Virus record (IMG/VR): IMGVR_UViG_3300032247_000646
Span: 1-47,991 of that record
Length of the DNA: 47,991 nucleotides
DNA from: a virus
Lineage: Duplodnaviria; Caudoviricetes
Direction: 5' to 3' (one strand)
The notes below the pieces were generated by a model. It ran no database searches, had not been told where the DNA came from, and saw only the letters and a program-made list of their open reading frames with translations. The position numbers and the translations under genes are program-made. Below, piece after piece: positions 44,245 through 47,991 of this stretch (position 1 is its first letter; the number at the start of each line of letters is the position of its first letter).

Positions 44245-46163
44245 TGGATTGGCCTCCCATTTGCATCGTAGCGAGTCACAGGCATGGAGTAGAACTGCTC
44301 TGAAGTTACCCGGTTCGGGTTCAGAATGATGGCGCCTTTGCTATCACGCACGGTGATTGGGTTGGCGTCGACGTAATCTCGCCAAGCTCGGTTTGCAGTG
44401 GGGCCGAGCTTCCCGTTCACTGCAGCGTAGTTGCTCATGAACCGATAGTAGTCTTTGTCGCGCCTACGCTGCTCGAGCATGAAATTGATGATTGTGTCGT
44501 TGGATGAGCGCTCTTTCTCAGAACCAAACACACCCTGCTGCATGAATCTCAAGTCAGCGTTAGACACACTCGGATTGTTGGGGATTTTGTTCTGAGCAGC
44601 GGCTTTGGAAGCCAGCGCGTCAAACTCTTCGTACTCAGCCTTTTTGCCTGTTCTGGCTTTGGCAAGTGTTGAAATTCCAGGGATCTGGAAAGACAAACTA
44701 CCCACGTCGGTCAGCTTTTGATTCAACGCTTTTGCGCGCTCTAGATCCGTGATGTCCTGGTCAATTGTGTTGACGTAAGGTGAGATGTTCTCTGTTATGT
44801 ATTTGTTTGCCTCTTCCCGTTGCTTTGTGAGCATCGCTGCAAATTCTTTTTGCGTGGTGCCGGGAGGAAGATTCAACGGTTCGAAAGGCACCCCCGCGCG
44901 TTGCGCTGCTGCGGCAATCCCCGCCACGTTTCCAACGCGAGCGTTTTCGTTGACCTCCTGACCGAGCCTAGCAGCTTGCAGCTTTGCAGTTTTGATGGTC
45001 TGCGTTTTGGATTCGCGCTCCAGAGCCAGATCGTCTTTGAGCATCTGTGCCGCTCTGCGCAGGTCCTCTGGTTTATTCGGGTCTCCGTTGAACGAGAGCA
45101 AGTACTTTTTCAAATCCCCCTTGCTTTCCATTGCTCGTTCAGAAGTGAGCATGGTCTGGGCTTTTTGCAGATCTGCAGGTTTGAGCGGGTCGCCGCCAAA
45201 AGTCGCGAGTGCTTTAGCAACCTCAGGGTTCGTTTTGATGAACTCGGCGCGTTGCATTTCTGCACGAACTTTCGCTGCATCGTCAGGATTGTCGACATTC
45301 AGCCCCATCCGTGCAGCGACTGGGATCAAGTCTTTGTTGTTTTTGTATGCGCTGAACTTGGTTGCAAAACTCGGGTCAGACAAACTCAAACCAGACATCG
45401 CTGCGAACTCTTTCATCTCCTGCGTAGCTTGAGACTCTAACCGTTTCTGTTGCGCATAAGCACCGTAGCCTGATGGTGCAACTGGCGGCGCACCGGATGG
45501 CGCAGGTGCGCCCATTTCTGCAGGAGCCGTTGGTGCGCCAGACGGTGGCATTGCGACACCTTCAGGCAACCTACCTGTTGAGTAGAAGTACTCTTTAACG
45601 TCAGGAGTAGCAGTTTCAAGAAACTGCAGCAGCACGAGTCGCTGCCGTCCCTGGACAGAATTGGGATCCAATCCCTCGGCCATCACTTGCTGCTGAAGTT
45701 TGGTCAGTTTTGGCGTCAAACTCTTAACAGCCGACAGACCCAATTTGGCCATCGTCTCTTCGTCAGCCAAACCGCTCTTGGCGAGTTCGTACCGCATTTT
45801 TGCAGCCCCCGCCGCACCGGCAGACTCTTGTTCTTGAGCCTTGCTGAGATTGCCTAGTGCAAGTCCAAGATTCTCACCGAATGTGCCCGTTTTGGTAGGG
45901 GCGAAGAATCCAGCAGCCAACGCCAAAGCACCGGGGTCGATACGATTTTTGCGCGACTCAAGCGTGGCAATCATCGCATTCTGAGCGTCGTTGACTTCGG
46001 CTAGTTTTTTCTTGTACTCCGCTGACTCTGACCCTACGATCTGCCGCCCAAGACCGGAAAGACTAATATTGCCAACCGTTTCAGGGCTGACATTGAGCAT
46101 TTTGGCTAGCAGTGGGCTGTACCCACCTTCGGATTCAGAGCTGGATGAGGTTTCTTCAGCCAT
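44241..46163 (-). CDS. Probable internal virion/DNA ejection protein
   Basis: 'LALAAGFFAPTKTGTFGE.LG', helical repeats and 'SVSNADLRF'; in a series of three ejection-like genes. Confidence 0.55.
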   Translation of the reverse strand: MAEETSSSSESEGGYSPLLAKMLNVSPETVGNISLSGLGRQIVGSESAEYKKKLAEVNDAQNAMIATLESRKNRIDPGALALAAGFFAPTKTGTFGENLGLALGNLSKAQEQESAGAAGAAKMRYELAKSGLADEETMAKLGLSAVKSLTPKLTKLQQQVMAEGLDPNSVQGRQRLVLLQFLETATPDVKEYFYSTGRLPEGVAMPPSGAPTAPAEMGAPAPSGAPPVAPSGYGAYAQQKRLESQATQEMKEFAAMSGLSLSDPSFATKFSAYKNNKDLIPVAARMGLNVDNPDDAAKVRAEMQRAEFIKTNPEVAKALATFGGDPLKPADLQKAQTMLTSERAMESKGDLKKYLLSFNGDPNKPEDLRRAAQMLKDDLALERESKTQTIKTAKLQAARLGQEVNENARVGNVAGIAAAAQRAGVPFEPLNLPPGTTQKEFAAMLTKQREEANKYITENISPYVNTIDQDITDLERAKALNQKLTDVGSLSFQIPGISTLAKARTGKKAEYEEFDALASKAAAQNKIPNNPSVSNADLRFMQQGVFGSEKERSSNDTIINFMLEQRRRDKDYYRFMSNYAAVNGKLGPTANRAWRDYVDANPITVRDSKGAIILNPNRVTSEQFYSMPVTRYDANGRPIQ

Positions 46164-46165
46164 AA

Positions 46166-47146
46166 TTAATCACCCCCACCAAATGGGCTTGTCGTCGAGG
46201 TGTTGAAATTGCTGTTGTACCAAGACCTCAAATCACCCAAAACTCCCCCCGTGCTACCTGTTTGATTTGCAGGTGGAGTACCAAACAGCCAATTCGTCAA
46301 CCCGGTAACTGGACTCGTGCCGCCTGTGGGTGAAGTGAACAGAGAACCCAAACCCGTCACTTGAGATAGTAGCGGCGTAGAATACGCACCTGGAATCGGC
46401 GCATTGGCTGTTTCAGAAACAGTGCTCGGGACTTTGAGGTTAGCGAACACGTTTCCAGCAGTGGTCGCGGCTGAGAGTGGCGCAAGGATCTTTTGTTGAG
46501 CGAGTTTTTGCGCGTTTTCGCCGTACCCGTATTGCGCAGCCAGCTGTTTGATTGCGCTGTCGAGGTCTGATGTGGCAACACCCTTTTCAGTTTCAGCCCC
46601 TTGCCTGAGAAGGTCGGATTGTTTTCCAGCAGTGGAGACTGCACTGCCATACGCATCCGCTAAAGACTTATTGATAGCACCAGTCAGGTTCTGGTTTACG
46701 TCAGCGGTCATCTGCCCAAGAGCGCCGAGCTGACGCTGACTGCCTGTACCTCCAGTTCCGACAAACTGACCTGTCAGAGCAGGCATCATGTTGCGTTGGA
46801 AGTTCTGATTCGACTGACGAGCCATCTCCTGGGTGACGCTTGTCTCGTACGGATTCATGAACCGCTGGATCGACTCAGGGGTAATCCCTTTTGCAGCCTC
46901 TTCAGCAGTGGTGCCAGCCTTAGTCATTAGCGGATCGTAACCAGCCAATGCGCCCTTGGCAGTATCGAGCACATTTTGCTGCAGCGGATCAAAACCCGCC
47001 ACCATCTGATCCGGCGTGAGCTTAAGTAAGTCGGTGCCTGGTGTGGCAAGACTTTTCAGATAATCATTGTACCAATCCGGTCCTTGCGTCCCTGTGGTTT
47101 TGGTAGTCGTGATATTCGGTAATGGATCACCTACGGTCAAGCCCAT
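46166..47146 (-). CDS. Probable DNA pilot/ejection protein
   Basis: Gln/Gly/Ala-rich; 'VAGFDPLQQ', 'QRFMNPY', 'GGTGSQRQ'. Confidence 0.6.
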   Translation of the reverse strand: MGLTVGDPLPNITTTKTTGTQGPDWYNDYLKSLATPGTDLLKLTPDQMVAGFDPLQQNVLDTAKGALAGYDPLMTKAGTTAEEAAKGITPESIQRFMNPYETSVTQEMARQSNQNFQRNMMPALTGQFVGTGGTGSQRQLGALGQMTADVNQNLTGAINKSLADAYGSAVSTAGKQSDLLRQGAETEKGVATSDLDSAIKQLAAQYGYGENAQKLAQQKILAPLSAATTAGNVFANLKVPSTVSETANAPIPGAYSTPLLSQVTGLGSLFTSPTGGTSPVTGLTNWLFGTPPANQTGSTGGVLGDLRSWYNSNFNTSTTSPFGGGD

Positions 47147-47991
47147 TATTTGATTCCTTTCAGATAGGCCAATGGCGACTTGGCTTTAGGAGGTATTGTG
47201 TTCAATGGCCCTGAGCGTTTGTGCTTCCTGATGGCCTCTCGCATTGCGTCGAGTTTTCTGGCACCTTCTTTGTTCGAACCATCACCGAGCGCCGCAACGA
47301 TCTCAGCATCGAACACGTATTCCCCGTCCGCTAGCCGCGCTGGAATCAGATCGTCCTGACCGCCACCTGCACCTTGCACATAATGCGAACCCTTGTGTGG
47401 TACACCGCCATAGGCAGCCATCAGCGGCGAAGTCATCGCTGAGGCCACATCACCACCTTTGGCTAAACGAGTCGTGACGACGTTAACGGTTGGTTCCGTT
47501 CCGTAGGTGTAGTACGAATAAGTCGGGTCGGGCGGTGCTTCCGAAGCTAGTTTCGCGGCTTGTTCCGCAGTCAGCGTTGGACCCGAATCCTTGACGGCTT
47601 CGATCAATGATTGCAACTGGTCAGAATACGGTGAACCCGCTGCAAGAAGGTATTCAAAACCTTTCAAAGGATTAAGTCCTTTTTTGAATTTACCGCCAAG
47701 CCAGAACTCGTCCATCGAGGCTGTTTTTGCTTGACCGCCTGATGGCGCTGATGTTGCGATTATACCCCCAGAACGTGGTGTAGGAGTTGGCGTCGGAGTT
47801 GGGGTTGGAGTCGTCGGGGTCGGAGTTGGAGTCGTCGGGGTCGGGGTTGGAGTCGTCGGTGTGGGTGTTTCGGGCGGTGTCGGAGGCGTAGGTGGCGTCG
47901 GAGGTGTGGGCGGCGTCGGAGGCGTCGGAGGCGTCGGAGGCGTCGGAGGCGTCGGAGGTGTCGGAGGTGTCGGAGGCGTCGGAGGTGTCGG
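47146..47991 (-). CDS. C-terminal part of an internal virion protein with Pro-Thr linker (5' end beyond the window)
   Basis: The frame of track ORF 47146..47715 stays open to 47991 and reads (PTP)n...SGGIIATSAPSGGQAKTASMDEF... The C-terminal domain is 'GAGGGQDDLIPARLADGEYVFDAE.V.ALGDGS'. Confidence 0.75.
   Translation of the reverse strand, partial: PTPPTPPTPPTPPTPPTPPTPPTPPTPPTPPTPPTPPTPPETPTPTTPTPTPTTPTPTPTTPTPTPTPTPTPRSGGIIATSAPSGGQAKTASMDEFWLGGKFKKGLNPLKGFEYLLAAGSPYSDQLQSLIEAVKDSGPTLTAEQAAKLASEAPPDPTYSYYTYGTEPTVNVVTTRLAKGGDVASAMTSPLMAAYGGVPHKGSHYVQGAGGGQDDLIPARLADGEYVFDAEIVAALGDGSNKEGARKLDAMREAIRKHKRSGPLNTIPPKAKSPLAYLKGIK
47776..47991. repeat. Tandem repeat (9-bp GGAGGYGTC units plus degenerate 6-bp units) encoding (Pro-Thr-Pro)n/(Pro-Thr)n
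   Basis: Visible directly, e.g. ggaggcgtc ggaggcgtc ggaggtgtc continuing to the window end. Confidence 0.9.

Noticed and set aside
1-47991. tRNA, rRNA, integrase, transposase, intron/intein or stop-codon reassignment
   Set aside because: I saw no cloverleaf or recombinase motifs by eye. TerL, DnaE and the helicases are uninterrupted and of normal or short length, and genes tile densely under the standard code. A tRNAscan/Infernal run is needed to exclude small RNAs.
1-47991. Host assignment
   Set aside because: Sigma70-type promoters, a GH108 lysin and the gene style suggest an aquatic Gram-negative (possibly betaproteobacterial) host, but the sequence alone cannot establish this.

Overview
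This window is most of the genome of a tailed dsDNA bacteriophage with podovirus-like organisation. I see no integrase, tail sheath or tape measure gene. Both window ends cut minus-strand virion or lysis genes, so the genome is probably partial or circularly permuted. The minus strand from about 25 kb down to 1 carries terS, terL, a 2OG-Fe(II) oxygenase, a 1287-aa multidomain protein, portal, a GroES-like protein, scaffold, major capsid, structural proteins, two tail fibres, a GH108 endolysin and a 3-TM holin. The minus strand from 32.7 to 25 kb is a replication block: nuclease, SNF2 helicase, DUF2800 exonuclease, DUF2815 SSB, primase-helicase and small ORFs, ending in a cluster of 9-bp repeats. 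The plus strand from 32.8 to 42.1 kb has early genes behind three repeated sigma70-type promoters and a repeated RBS leader. These are followed by a nucleotide-metabolism cassette (Glf-like flavoprotein, ThyX-like protein with RTR in place of RHR, HAD phosphatase, DUF6378/MazG-like protein), a DEDDh exonuclease and a DnaE-type polymerase. The minus strand from 42.1 to 48 kb encodes probable ejection proteins. The strongest leads are (1) a probable non-canonical base-synthesis pathway coupled to a dedicated family C polymerase, (2) a hydrophobic-x-x-G-G motif at module junctions of several head-associated proteins, suggesting a polyprotein cleavage or capsid-loading signal, and (3) a polyvalent effector with two ART-like modules next to the portal. 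All family assignments come from motif recognition by eye; no database searches were run.
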